A stretch of DNA of 64,000 nt from Monocercomonoides exilis PA203 (taxonomy: Eukaryota > Protista > Preaxostyla): contig LSRY02000012.1 of the NCBI GenBank assembly GCA_001643675.2, forward strand, positions 1,426,001-1,490,000, read 5' to 3'. Numbering within the stretch: position 1 is the stretch's first letter; every line of letters starts with the position of its first letter. A model generated the notes under the pieces. The model was not told the DNA's origin. It worked only from the letters and a program-made list of their open reading frames with translations, and searched no databases. The position numbers were made by a program, and so were the translations under genes. Below, piece after piece: positions 40,501-53,339 of the stretch.

Positions 40501-43500
40501 TCGAGCTGCTCTGATGCGCAGCAGGGCGTCCTGATAAGGCGAAGGAGCAAGTGGCGGAGCTCCAAAAACAGCCAAGTCTGCTGGCTGGTAGATCTCCCTT
40601 CTCCGCAATATCTGTGAAAGCTGTGCTGATGCTGCTCCTGCATTGTTGCGCCCCATCCGCTGTGTGGCAAGACGAGCGGAAGCGAAGCCTGATGGTGTTG
40701 ATGGAGTGGATGTCATCTGATTGGAAGAAGAGCCTGTTGGAGTCAGAAGCGAAAGATGGGCAAATGTTCTGTTTGTGCGTGTACCTAATGGAGAAGGTAT
40801 TGAAGTTAATTCTGATTTTCAAGGAGTTCGTTTCAACAAAAAGATAACAAAAATAGAAATACAGAAAATTAGTCATTATCAATTAGTTAGAAACAATATT
40901 CATAGTAACTAGTCAGGAAAATTTAATTTGCTAAAAGAAACATAATCAACAGCAGTACTCAACATTTCAAATCTCAAATGAAAATAGAATTCATAAATTC
41001 ATATCTCTTCATACCAGTTCCAGATGACATGCCCTGCATCCCTTCGGATGCAAAAGAAGCTGTCGGAAACAGCTCAGGATGCCTCATCATGAGCTCTCTG
41101 CCAAACGGACCAGAAAGAATATCCATTCCTGATATTTCAGTTCCAGCAAACGGAAACGGAGGCACATCAAACGGAGACTGCATTGCTGAAGCTGAGTGGT
41201 GTACACCTGGACCCATCTGCCCTCTTTCACTGTCAATCACAGCCTGTGCCGATGAGAGAAAGTGTTCTGTACCTTCCATCGAAGAGAAGTTTGTAGCACG
41301 TGTTGACTGAAACACTCCCGGGGGAGAGAAAATCCGATGGATGCGCATCTTTGTCCGTCGGAGAAAAGAGGCCAATGAATGATTCTGTCTTGATAAAAAC
41401 GCCTCCTCCAGTTGGCTGAAGAAGAGTCTGAATAGCAGGTCATATCTTGTTCTCTCATCCAACAGAAAAGCGCAAACAAGAAATGGATCACCAGCAAACG
41501 GAAGCTGATCCAGTTGGACTTTCAGAGAGTCTAATTCTGTGGGAAGTTTGCTTGATGATTGGCCGCTCCCATTCATTCCTGTTGCTGTTGTGGATGTGGA
41601 TGACGAAGACATTGATGATGATGAACTTGAAAGCGAAGTCGAAGAAGAATAGTAATTCACATTTCGAGTATTAGCAAGTGAAGGAGCTGCCAAAGAAAGA
41701 GTGCTTTTCGAAGTTTGTATTCCACTTGCTGCTTTGAGTGGATTTAGCTTTGCAGCTGCTGCCTGCTTGTTCAAATCATCCAAATTCATTTTGTCAATAA
41801 TACTTGGATTTGCCACAAGATACAGTGCTGTTGAGTAGATGTGCAGCTCTCTCAGCACAAACAGTAGAGATACAGCAGCACGCATGTTGTGCAGCATCAT
41901 CACATCTTCTCCAATCCGGAAAAGCTCTCGCTCATGTGGAATGTACCACACATTTGTAAGATTGCCTCCAACAAGCAAGTTCTCAAATGGTGTTGAAACA
42001 TTTGCTCTATGATTTTCTCCAGTCCTTCCAATCAGATCATCAGCTGTCATTGAGCCGCACACAAACGGAGAGATATTCGGGGATTGTGCCAGCTCTATTC
42101 GGAACTCTCGCAGTATCTGTGAATGCTGCACACGAAGTGCGAACATTGCCATGTCCTTTGACATATCTGAGCAAAATCCTCTGATCATGTCAAACTTCAG
42201 CTGCCTCAGTCTTTTTGAAATTTCCCCTCTCCGCTCCAGCTTCAAGATCGAAGCAACACGCTCACTGTATCCTTTCAGCCTCAATTCTCGCACAGACAGT
42301 TTTCGCGAATTCAACGGAACGAAAAAGGAGGATGCTTCTCGAAGGGCCAATCGCTCCCAGCGATTCAGCTTTTTCATTTGCTCAGCTGTTGATAGCTGCA
42401 TAGCAGAAGCAGATGATGCTAAGAACATTTCTGACCCATCTTCAGTTATATTAGTAACACTACCTTCCACACCTGATTGCGTTGCTGCAACAGAAGTCAA
42501 GAATGTCTCATCTTTTGGTATCAACCCAACTTCCTCTTCTTTCTCTTTCAGAAACACGAAAAATTGATCCAAGGGAATCTGATTGTATTGAACAACAATC
42601 TCCAACATGCATCGCTGAAGCACTTGCACTTGAACTGCATGTCGAAGATCGGTCAGTCCTTGTTCTCCAAACACCTTCGCACATCCAACAAACGAGGAGA
42701 AATCGAAATCAGCCAAATCTGGATCGAACTCTGAAATAGCAAAGTTCACATGCACAGTTGATGTGAATCCCTGAACCAGAGAAGCGACAGGACTTTTTGT
42801 TGAAAGTGACTGTGGTGATGGACTACTTTGAGGAGAGTATGCATCTGTTCCCAGTGGCTGTGGTGCATTTGAAGATGAAAGTTGAGGTGATTCGCTAGGA
42901 GATGTTGGAGGAGAAGCGCCAAAACCTTCAATTTGCTCAATTCCATCGTCAGTCAATGCCAAGTTCCCAATCACCTTGGAAGGATCTCCACGATCACGCT
43001 GCCAAAACGGCGCAACGCTGGTGCTCCCGGACAGACCTGATCCTGCTTGTGATGGTGTTGTTGTTTGTGTGTTGACAGAAGCAGCAACAGCAGCGTTGTA
43101 TTCTTCAAAGTTGATTGGCTCCAATTCGAATCGTCGAACACGCAATCCAACACACTCTGCCTGCTGCTTGTATACACCAAAGAGCAGCTCTGTCACTTTG
43201 TGCGCATACAGCAATTCATGTCTCAACCTCACTGCTTCCAAAGCGTGTGTCAGCGCAACCACAGAAATCATGCTGATTTGTGTTAGTGATGCAAGCGACG
43301 CACTCGTCGTTGATTGCCCTGATGTGGTGTCGAAGTACGAAGAAAGCTTAAGCTTCAGAATCTTCATTGTATATTGCACTCGGTTGGCATCGTAGCTACA
43401 TGTGCTGCCAAATGAATGAAGAGCAGCGGATGGCGAGTCAGCATTCTGAACAAGAGATAAAGACGACGGAGTTTGCACTGAACCTGTTGTAATCCGTTCG

Positions 43501-46500
43501 GCATTTGCAGCGGTATCTCCTCCAGTTTCTGCTTCATCAGCTCCTTCCTCTTTTAATTTGTGAGTTGAATCTGATTGCACAGTGACGTTATCCTGTGTCG
43601 CAGAGCTAGCTTCAGTTTTCACTCCGCCAGCACTTCCTCCTTCTCCGACAGTCATTATTCTGTCCCGAGCAGTGCTTGCCTTCGATCCAAAAGGAGTGAA
43701 CTCAGAATCCAACGATGCAACAAAAGTATCAACTGCAGCGCATATTCCAACAGGATTTTCTATCACGTCCTCGTTTGAAGCAGCTTGAACAGAAGGATGC
43801 ACGAAAGCAGAACGGTCCAGCTCAACATATTCAGTAGCTCCTCCATTTGCATCCATTCCTTCCGGAGTCAGCGAAGGTGTCGTAGCTGGAGACACACTAC
43901 TTCCAGTTGCTTGTGAAATGTTGGGTTTTCTGGCCATATCTGCAGTGGTTAGGGTTGTTGATGGCGATGCCTCAGCAACAGCACTTTCATCCTTTTCAAA
44001 CCGCACCCAGCTCACAATCGCCTGCTGTAAAAGTGCTGCATGAAGTGACAGTGTTGCTAACATTGTTGCTGGATGATGCAATTGGACGAGTTGGTTAAAT
44101 GCTTCTTCCAACACTGCCGGAATGTGTCTCACCTGTGCGATGGACTGTGGAAACTCGAAGGGAGCAAACGGATGGCCACGAGGAATAAGTGTAATATCTG
44201 TGAGTTTATATACATCCAGCGGTGGAAGTGGAAGGCCAATTGTGGCATCTGTTGAAAGCTGTGAGAATGTCGAAGACACTTCGCGAGAAAAGCGCCGCTC
44301 GTCGTTGATCATACGTGACATCACTGCATGAAGCAAGTTGAACTGCATCTCCAGACAGATAATCTCTGTCGCATATGAGTCCACAAACGATTGTGCTGAC
44401 AAGTCAATTCGCGGGCGGAGTGCAAGCAGATCAATTATCAGTCGAGCGAGTGCCTTCCTCTCGTTCGGATCGCAGCAGCACTCGTACGCTTCGACATACA
44501 AATCAACAACCTTCCGCTTAGAACGCTGGAAGAGCGCCTCACATTCGAGAATGTCAGACAGCATAGCCTGTCGATCGAACAGCGATGATGTCTCTCCAAA
44601 CAGCTGCTCCTTCAGACGTTGAGGAAGAACTGGCCCACTTTTTGTAGTTGTCATGTGAAGCGAATCAAATAGATCATTCATTTCTTTCGAGATCTTCGCT
44701 GACAAGAAATGAGACACAATGCGAAGAAGTTCTGATTCCAAATGTGTCATCATTGTTATGGCTTCCTCATACAGAATAGTCACTCCATGGCAATCTCTCA
44801 CTATCATCCGCTCTTTCTCACCCAGCTCGCATATGTCGTCTCTGTGTATCAACCCTTTCAGCTCTCTCATTTGCAGAGCTGTCAGCTGTGGACAAGCCTC
44901 AAATGTTGCTGGGAGAACTGTCTGTATTGTTGTTCCTTCAGATGCAGAAGATCCGCTGCTGTTGATGTGGCAGGCTCCGCTGTATGTTCCCACACCACCA
45001 CCTCCTCCTGTGCTTTTGGCTTCGTTGAATCCAAATGTTGTCATTTCTGGTGTTGTGAATAAAGTGAATGCAGAAGAAATAGGAAGAGCTTTTGTGTTCT
45101 CTCTCGTCAGAAGCAGTGGTGTCTGAATGGCTGGATTGAGATTTGGATCACCAACAACATTAACATCAAGCGGAGCATGCAGCAGAAAGTCAACACTATC
45201 ATTGGAGATTTTTTGAGATGATGATGCACCACCAGCATTTCCTCCTCTTCCTCCGATAAATCTGTTCTCATTATTCTCATCCAGCATCTCATCTTCGTCT
45301 CCACTGTCTGAAGAGCCATCAATGTTTTTTCTTCGTCTTTGAGTGTTTGGATCAAACTCACCCGGTAGCTTCGTTTCACATTCCCATGGAAATCCCAATG
45401 CATCCAGTGTGATCTTTCTTTGGACAGACGAGAAGTAGTTCATCAGACTCAGCAGACGTTCCCTCATCTCTACACACCGTGCATGACGCAGAAGATACAT
45501 TGCAATCAACTTCCTCTTTTTGAGCCTCTTCACTGAATTAGCCGCTGTTTCTGCTGCTCCTGCTCTGAAAGTTCCTCTGCTTAGACGAGTACCACCTACT
45601 GAGCTTATGGCGCTGGATCTCCCACTCCTCCTTCCTCCACCTCCATCAACACCAAATTGGATGATAACGTCTTCTTCATCTTCTCCTTCTTCATCCTCTC
45701 CGGAAGCAGATTCAGCACCTTTGATGCCAGAGTCTCCTCCAATCACTGAATGAGAAATGGCCTGTGATGCAGTGTCTGTGAATAATCGTTGCTTCTCTGC
45801 AATAGACAAATTCTCTTCTAAATTTCTCCCCACAAACGAGATCGACGATCCCACCACTGACGAAGCAGGCGTTGCTGCTCCGCTTCCTGCCATTCGAGCA
45901 CTCTTACCGCGAGTGCTTGCTGTTGTCGATCCAGGTGCAGATGCAAGTGGAGAGGTGGAAACTGAAGTAGACAGCGAAGGTGATGAAAGTGGTGATGGAG
46001 ACAGAGAAGCCTGAAATGAAGCGAGTGCTGTCTGGCGCGCCATGATAGCAGTGGTAATGCGTTGGCCGTGTGTGTTTGCAAGAGATTTAGCCCGTGAAAG
46101 CAGCACATCCAAATCATTGATCTTCAACGACTCCATTTCCACACGCAGAAGCCCATCAATAGAGACTCGTGCCAGAATCCCCTGTTGATAGTCCTGCCTC
46201 TGCGAGACATGAGGCAGTGGGGCATATGGCACCCATGGTGAGGCCTTAATGAAAGTGTACTGCAATCCATAGCTCTGCACATGCTGCTCACCAAGAGGCA
46301 TCATTGAAGATGTGGGAGCTCCGCCTTGCCGCGACATAAACGAGTCTGAATGCACATGGCCATTCGTCCCATTTCTCTGAGATCCTTCTCCTCTGACTTT
46401 CCCACCCCCTTCTTCATCTCCTTCATCTTCACCGTTCTCATCTCCATCTTCTCTGCCTCGTCCTTTTCCTGCTCTCTTCCCCTTTCTCCTGCCACCTTTC

Positions 46501-48069
46501 CACCCACTTCCATAGCCACCATCTCCGTCGGCTGAAGCGCTCTCAACGCTCCGTGACAGCGGCACAAACAACTCACATTGAGAATACAATGGATAAGTTG
46601 AAGACCGCTTCTGTTCAGCAACAAGATCAGCAAATAATCTGGCTGCTCGAAATGAAAATCCTTCGCTCAAAACATCGCGTGGGGTGTCTGCGATGCTAAA
46701 TGCACGGCCCAGTTGATACAACACAGCATCGAGAGAAAGTGTGTCGCTGATGAGAACTGGAATGGGCGTCTCGGTTTCTTCTTTCATCTTTTCACTTGCT
46801 CTCTTTTGGGCGTTGTAGAAGTCGGATTCTGATCGATTCGGACGGATAACACCATCTGAAAATATTCAAAAAAAGATCAAAAAGAAGAAGTTTACACCAA
46901 AGCAGACAAATAATCAAGCAAACCACTTTCGCTTCTTTCATCTGCTAATCCGTTTAGACTTGTTTGACGAGTTCCTTTTGGCTGATTGAAAATCTGTTGT
47001 GCCCTCGAAACTACCTCATATCTGTGCGTATACGGTAGCCAATGCAAAACAGCCAGAAATGCATTTAAGCGCTTCGATGTTCGTGCAGAAAAAACAGTTT
47101 CTCGAAGCATGATTCGAAGATCATCAGGATGAATGTATTGAAGAAGGTTGTCATCCAAGTTGCCGAATGAAGTGGTATTTCCGCTGGATGACCCTGACGA
47201 GGATCCCGAAGATCCTGATGATTGAGATCCTCCTCCTCCTCCAATCTGACGGCCCATTCGACGAGACGATGTTTTGAGAGTTAGTTTTGGTGTTGATCCT
47301 TTTGGGTTGCTTGTATCACTTGAGGCAGATCCCTCAGCCAAAGATATTGGTCTGTAAAATCTTGCTGAAAGGGATCCTTCTAATCTCTGCAATCTCATCA
47401 ATGCATCTTCATATTCCATATCAAATCTTTCCAATCGTGCAACAAATGCAGGAAATGAACGCTGATGCATTGAGTTTGTAGTACAAAATCGTGTCCATCG
47501 CGCTAAATAATTGCATTTCTGTTGAATGATTTCAAATTTCCTACTTTGATAATACTGCAGCAAAATTTCAAAGATCGTATTCAGAGATATTTGTGGCTGA
47601 ATCGCTGATTCAATCTTAGAAAAATACATATTTTTTCATTTCAAGAGAAATATCATAGAATGAAACAAATAAATTATAAAATTGTAGGACACACTTCTTC
47701 TGCGTATAAATCTGATTCGATTACAGGAGGTTCTGGAAATTTGACTTGAGAAAGAGCTCTTAAACAATATTCACGGTCACCACGAAAACGCTTCAACTCT
47801 GGAAGTACTATTGGAGGTCTAGCTGATGCATTTTTCAATTTTCCATGTTGCTCATCTCGCTCTTTAAGCAACGTCTTGCAGTTGTTTGTCAAAGTTTCTA
47901 ATTTAAATTCTAGTTCTCGCTGGCTCAGTGACAATGCCTTATTTTTCCAATCTGTATAAGCAAGAGAGTTAGGATATTTTTCATGTAATATCCTTATCTG
48001 CTCCTCTTCTTTATCTGCTCTCATGCTGTTAAAAGATTTTTTAATTTTTGAACCACTGATCCTGCCCAT
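34561..48069 (-). CDS. Giant (>4,000 aa) coiled-coil protein, CCDC162/DUF4549-like; multi-exon (ORFs 47674-48075, 46892-47629, 40974-46787, ~40411-40790, ~39950-40190, 34561-39850)
   Basis: Same-strand ORFs separated by AT-rich GT-AG gaps. Blocks recalled from CCDC162-like proteins: YLARWTRFC, LLSLMNYFSSVQRKIT, VRDCHGVTILYEEA....LESELL.IVSHF, DRQAMLSDILECEALF...K.K.VDLY.EAYE...DP.ER..LA..I.DL...RPR.DL. Long C-terminal coiled coil. Start and internal junctions are approximate. Confidence 0.65.
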
Positions 48070-48306
48070 CTTCACGTTGAGTTTATCAACTTTTTTTCTT
48101 CTTTATTCATTATTTGATTTATAGTCCTTCATATTTTATTTTTTTATGAAACATTAAAACTGAATCAAAAATTATATGAATGATAAATTGTTTAAGGGCT
48201 GTTTCCATAACTTTAAAGTTATTTAACAGAATTAATAATAGTTTGAAAAGTTTGTTTTCGTTAAAACTCAAATTTTGTTTACATATTTTCATTTTTTAAA
48301 ATTTAG

Positions 48307-49211
48307 ATGGCTACACGACAACCAACAATTCCACCATCAAAAGTTCTTCATATTCGAAATGGCTCACCAGAGCCAAACGAAGTGGATCTGACAGTTATCC
48401 TTCCGTTTCTTTCTAATTTTGGAACGGTGATTTATGTTGTTACCATGCCGAAACTTCAACAAGCGCTCGTTGAAATGGATACACTAGAATCAGCACAGAA
48501 GGCTGTTTCATATGCCACATCTTCTCAAATCGAAGTTCAAGGACAACTCTATTTCTTGCACTTTTCTAAAAGTCAAAGTATAAACAGAGAGCCTTCATAC
48601 CGAAGAAGTTTGCAATTTTTTAAGTTTTTTTATTGAATATCAAAATTTGAAAAAATATTTCATCAGCACTTGTTGAACACCATGGAGAAAAGATCCTTCT
48701 TGCAACAGTGCATAATCCTCTTTACCCGATTACAATGGATATTGTGACAGCTATTTTGAAGCCATTTAATGTTCTTCGAATCGTTATTTTCCACACTCAC
48801 GGAATTCAATTTCTTGCCGAATTTGCCACACCAGAAGAAGCACGCACAGCAAAAGATGCACTTGATGGAAGAGAAATTTACTCGAATTGCTGCCTATTAA
48901 AGGTTGTTTACTCAACTCAAAGTACAACCTTAAATGTGCGCTTCAACACAGACATGACATATGATTTCACACGTCCCGACCTTCCTACGAAGTCTGCGTA
49001 AGAATATCGCTCTTCTAGGAATATGAGCACAAGGGTATTTTTCTCCGATAAGATTAGAAAAGATTCTGACCTTTTACGAAAAATGCTTTGTGCTTGTGGG
49101 ATCATTATCCATACACCCACACCATCAAACACTAACTCATCATCCATGTCAATGTCACCCCACCACTTGAACCATACCACCAGGCGCCACACGTCATCAT
49201 TCACGTCTTAA
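48307..49211 (+). CDS. hnRNP L / PTB-like RNA-binding protein with two RRMs (intron 48608-48666; probable intron 48998-49057, otherwise stop at 49001)
   Basis: PPSKVLHIRN...FGTVIYVVTMPKLQQALVEM (RRM1). ILLATVHNPLYPITMDI...VLRIVIF...GIQFLAEF...A..AK.ALDG.EIYSNCCLLKV.YS....LNV..N...TYDFTRPDLP (hnRNP L/PTB RRM2 signature). Confidence 0.88.
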
Positions 49212-49455
49212 ATAATGAATACTTTTGATGCCCTTTCATTGCCGATTGTCGTAACGCCGTTTTGATACTGTCCATCGTTCATTTATTTTTTTACACATTT
49301 TTATTCAACATTTTTCTTAAACAGTTGTTTTCCAAGTTATAATCCAACAAATATGTATGCAAGTTTTAAAAAAAAGATTTGCTTTGAGTTTTCTATTCAA
49401 AAAACATGGAATAATCATGCAACTTGTAAATGAGCATGTCACAAAAATTAAAATT

Positions 49456-52400
49456 CTATTGAAGCAAAGAAGACACATTTGTTAAAAATGAGAATGCATC
49501 TCTGAAGTCAGAATCAGGATAGAGAGGACTTCTTACTAAATGCTCCAGTTGAATGGACGGATCGGCTATTGTCGTGTCGATCCACTCCAAAGAATTCGGG
49601 GCAAGCTCGCCAGCTGGCTGAATATCATTTTCTGAAGCATCGTCGTCTTTCTCCGTCTTTCTGTCTTCATTTTGCTCTGTTTTCATTTCTGGCTGAGGAT
49701 GATTCTGTTTGTGCTTGACGATTTGGATGATCAGCGATGCCAGTGCAGAAGTGAAGATTGGGCCAAACGAAGTCAGAGAAACAGCACCCAGTCGATGGCA
49801 TCTGTTGAAGAGGAAGCGAAGTGAATGAGCGCAGATGTCAAAAAGAGTAACTGTAGTGTTCTTCCTTTCGTCGTCTTCTTCGCCCATTCCCATCTTCCCT
49901 GCACCGTCTTCATGAAGCGCCGAGTTGATCGACCAGCTCGGCGCGTCCTCGTTTCGGGGCTTCCGCTCAGTCAGGGGCCGCGCCAAGAGCAGCTTCAGCT
50001 TCTCAGCCTGCATTCTCTCCTGGTCTTTCCTCTTCTTCGCCTGCTGCTCTGTTGTGTAGAAGACGCTTCTGCGGTGCCCTTCCCCGCCTTCAGGGTCGAT
50101 CTCAAGTGGATCCAAAATGAATGGCGGAAGGACATACACAGACGATGCAGATGGAATATTGGTTGATGAAGGAGCAATCGGTGTATTCAGAAAAGTTGGA
50201 GCTTCGTATTCACTATTTGTTTTCTGGAAGGTTTCTGAAGAAGAAGAAGAAGAAGATGCAGATGATTGTTGCGAAGTGAATGTGAGTGAGTCTTCGTCGT
50301 CTTGCAGAGATTCTGATTGCATCCAGTCCTTTGGCGATTTTCCTTCGATATATTGAGAATCTTAAAAAAAAAAAAAACACGACAAAGAAAAATACACAAA
50401 ATGTTTGAATAAAAAATCAATAATAAAATGCATCATTCAGAAAAAAATAGCAAAACATATGAAAACGCTCACACAAATGGAAAAATTAACTTTTCTTCAC
50501 AATCAAAAGCGAAATAAATCTGTAACATGAATAACCCAACACGCTCATGTTTCAGTCTATCACATACTGCTTTCGTATTTTCTTCTAATTCTCAGCCGAA
50601 GACCTTGTCGAACAAAGCGGCAGAAATCTGAGTGAAGTAGAAGATGCTGCTGGATCTGCTCGTACGGATGGAGCAGAGGAAGGAGAGGTTGAAATGGTGA
50701 AGGAGGAAATTCGGAAGAAAGTTTGGAAGAAGAAGAAGAAGAAGAAGAAGAAGATAATGACGATGAAGCATTGGTGTGTTGGGATTGCTTCATATTTGAT
50801 CCATCTTTTGATGCATTCGTTAGAATAGCAGGACCAGTTGGTGCTTGTATTGATAGAGTTTGAAGAGAAGATAACAGCGAGCCAATTATCTGAAGCATAT
50901 CTCCTAAAATTCAATGAGCAATAATAAGTTCAGGAAAAAAAAATAATCAGAGAATAGGAAAAACAAATAAAAGGAGAAATAATTTTTAAGTATAAACAAA
51001 TGAAATGTCAAACCCTTTGTGAAAAATCCAGAGAGAGACAGGGCAGTCAGATGAGGCCAAGCGTGAATGAGGTACATGAGCACACGAGTGGGCAGAGGAT
51101 AAGGTGCTGGGAAGAGAGCCAAGAGCTGTGCAGAAGAATAAGCAGAGAAGTCTGTGTGAAGAGAAGAGAACAAGGGATTGTGCTGTGAGTTGGATGAATG
51201 AAGAGACGGTTGAGAAGAGCCAGGGATGAAGTGGGATGAAGGCGAGCTGAATTGAATGCCTGTCTTTCGCTTGTCAAGAAGAGCGAGAGAAAACGAAGTG
51301 ATGAATGGCGTCTGATTAGCAATTTCAGACAGAACATGCGAAAGAGATGAAATGAAGTCATACAAACAGAAAATAGGATTGTCTTTAATTGATGAGCTGT
51401 CAAGGTTATCTGATGAAGCAGCAGAAGAAGAGGAAGAAGAATGAGAAGAATGAGAAGAATGAGAAGAAGATGATGAAGAATGCATTGACCCATGGGCGTC
51501 TTTGCTTGCAAGCACATCAGCATCTGTCAAGTCAAACGAAAGAGACAAGGAAAACAAACGAGTCAATGAAGCAACATCAACAAGAGAAGAACACAAAGAA
51601 ATGGGAATGTGATGAAGATGCAGATGAGTCAGTTGATTGGCTGTGCTTAACAAGCGAAGAGGAGATATTATGAATGGAACTTTGTTTTGCTGATATTCAA
51701 TGGGATACGGTGGAACAGAAGAAGAAGAAGAAGAAGAAGAAGAAGAAGAAGAAGAAGAAGAAGAAGAAGAAGAAGAAGAAGAAGAAGAAGAAGAAGAAGA
51801 AGAGTTCAGTTTGTTGTGAGTGATAAAGTGAGTAATCATTGGAGTGAATGAGAATTTCAATGTTGAAGCATTTGGCATGTAATAAGGTGATACAATTGAA
51901 GAGGCTTTCGTTTGAAGTGCTTCTGCTTGTGATGCATTTTCTCCCAATGATTTGTTATCTTGCAACACATTCAATTGGCTGTTGGCAGATAAATATGGAT
52001 TCATATCCATCGGTTCATCCACCTTCTTCACTGAATCACTGCCTGAAGATGAGTTATCTCCAGATGACAACAGAGAAAGCGCCTGTTTCCTTCTGTTTGC
52101 AATCTCACTGGCGAATCTCTCTCCTCCTCTGATTTGTGTCAGCTTCTTCCTTTCAGCTGCTCTGGCAGACAAACGAGACAGCAGACAGAGCAAAGCAGGC
52201 GTCGATATGACTGAATACGTTGGAAGAGATAGAAGGTGAAGGAAAGGATGCCGTTCAATGAATGAATGAGAAACGAAGAAAGAAGAAGGCGGAAGAATTG
52301 TCGATGCAATGACACTTTCACAGCTGCTTTGTGAATGCAAATTGGATGCAGACATTTGATCACTCACTGATTTGAGCTGAGCGAATGTGTCTTCAAACGC

Positions 52401-53303
52401 CCTTGTGACAGTATTTTGCTCAGTTTCCTCCCACAACTTGATCTCTTCACTTGTCAGAGACAGATCATATACATCAGGAAGAGAGTTGTAATTCTCTGCA
52501 TTTCTTGTGGCTTCAACAATTCTGTCAATTTTTGATTGAAGAAGGCTTGGCAATGAATATTGATCCAACAGAGAAGATGTCTGAAGATGCTCAATTGTCA
52601 TAAGGAAATGATGAATTGGAGACAGAAATTCATTCAATGTTGAATGTGTGTAGTTCTCTTCCACAACAAGTGATGTTAAGAGAGGAAGAGGTGTGTACTG
52701 TTTCATCTGAGATGTTGCAGTGTTATCTTTCTTTTGCGGATTCAATGAAATCGGAGTGCGGGAGGATAGCAAAGGAAGCAGAAGAGGAAACACTGCTGAA
52801 GGAACAACAAGTGAATGCAACGAAGCCAAAGAGGGAGTCGCCAAGCATCGTGCGAGTGGAACAAACTGAGCATGATGATACGACACATGACGCTTCAACG
52901 CAGCCAAAGCAGGGCTGGATTTGGCATTGCCTGCTTCTGATGAAGTCTTTTGTTGTGGCTGCAGATGTGGCTGTGGCTGATTCTGTGCTCGTGTGGGGCT
53001 GATGAACTGCTTCATCATGAATGAAGGAGGCTGCTGCTGTGTCGGATGTTGGAAGGACATCTGCTCAGCTGCGAGTGATGGCTGGTGAATAGAAAGAGCT
53101 CGTTTGGATGTATCATCACTGCTTTGAGGAAGCATTGGCTGAACTTGTGGTTGAACTTGTTGCTGTCTTTGTGCCTCAAACTGTGGATTGGAATTTGCTT
53201 GGTTCTGATTCTGAACAGACTGAACAAGATGTGGTGGAAGAATCGATGTTAATCCTTGGAATGCCAATGGAGACTGCATCGTCTGCTTTTGAGGTTGCTG
53301 CAT

Positions 53304-53339
<36 letters not shown>

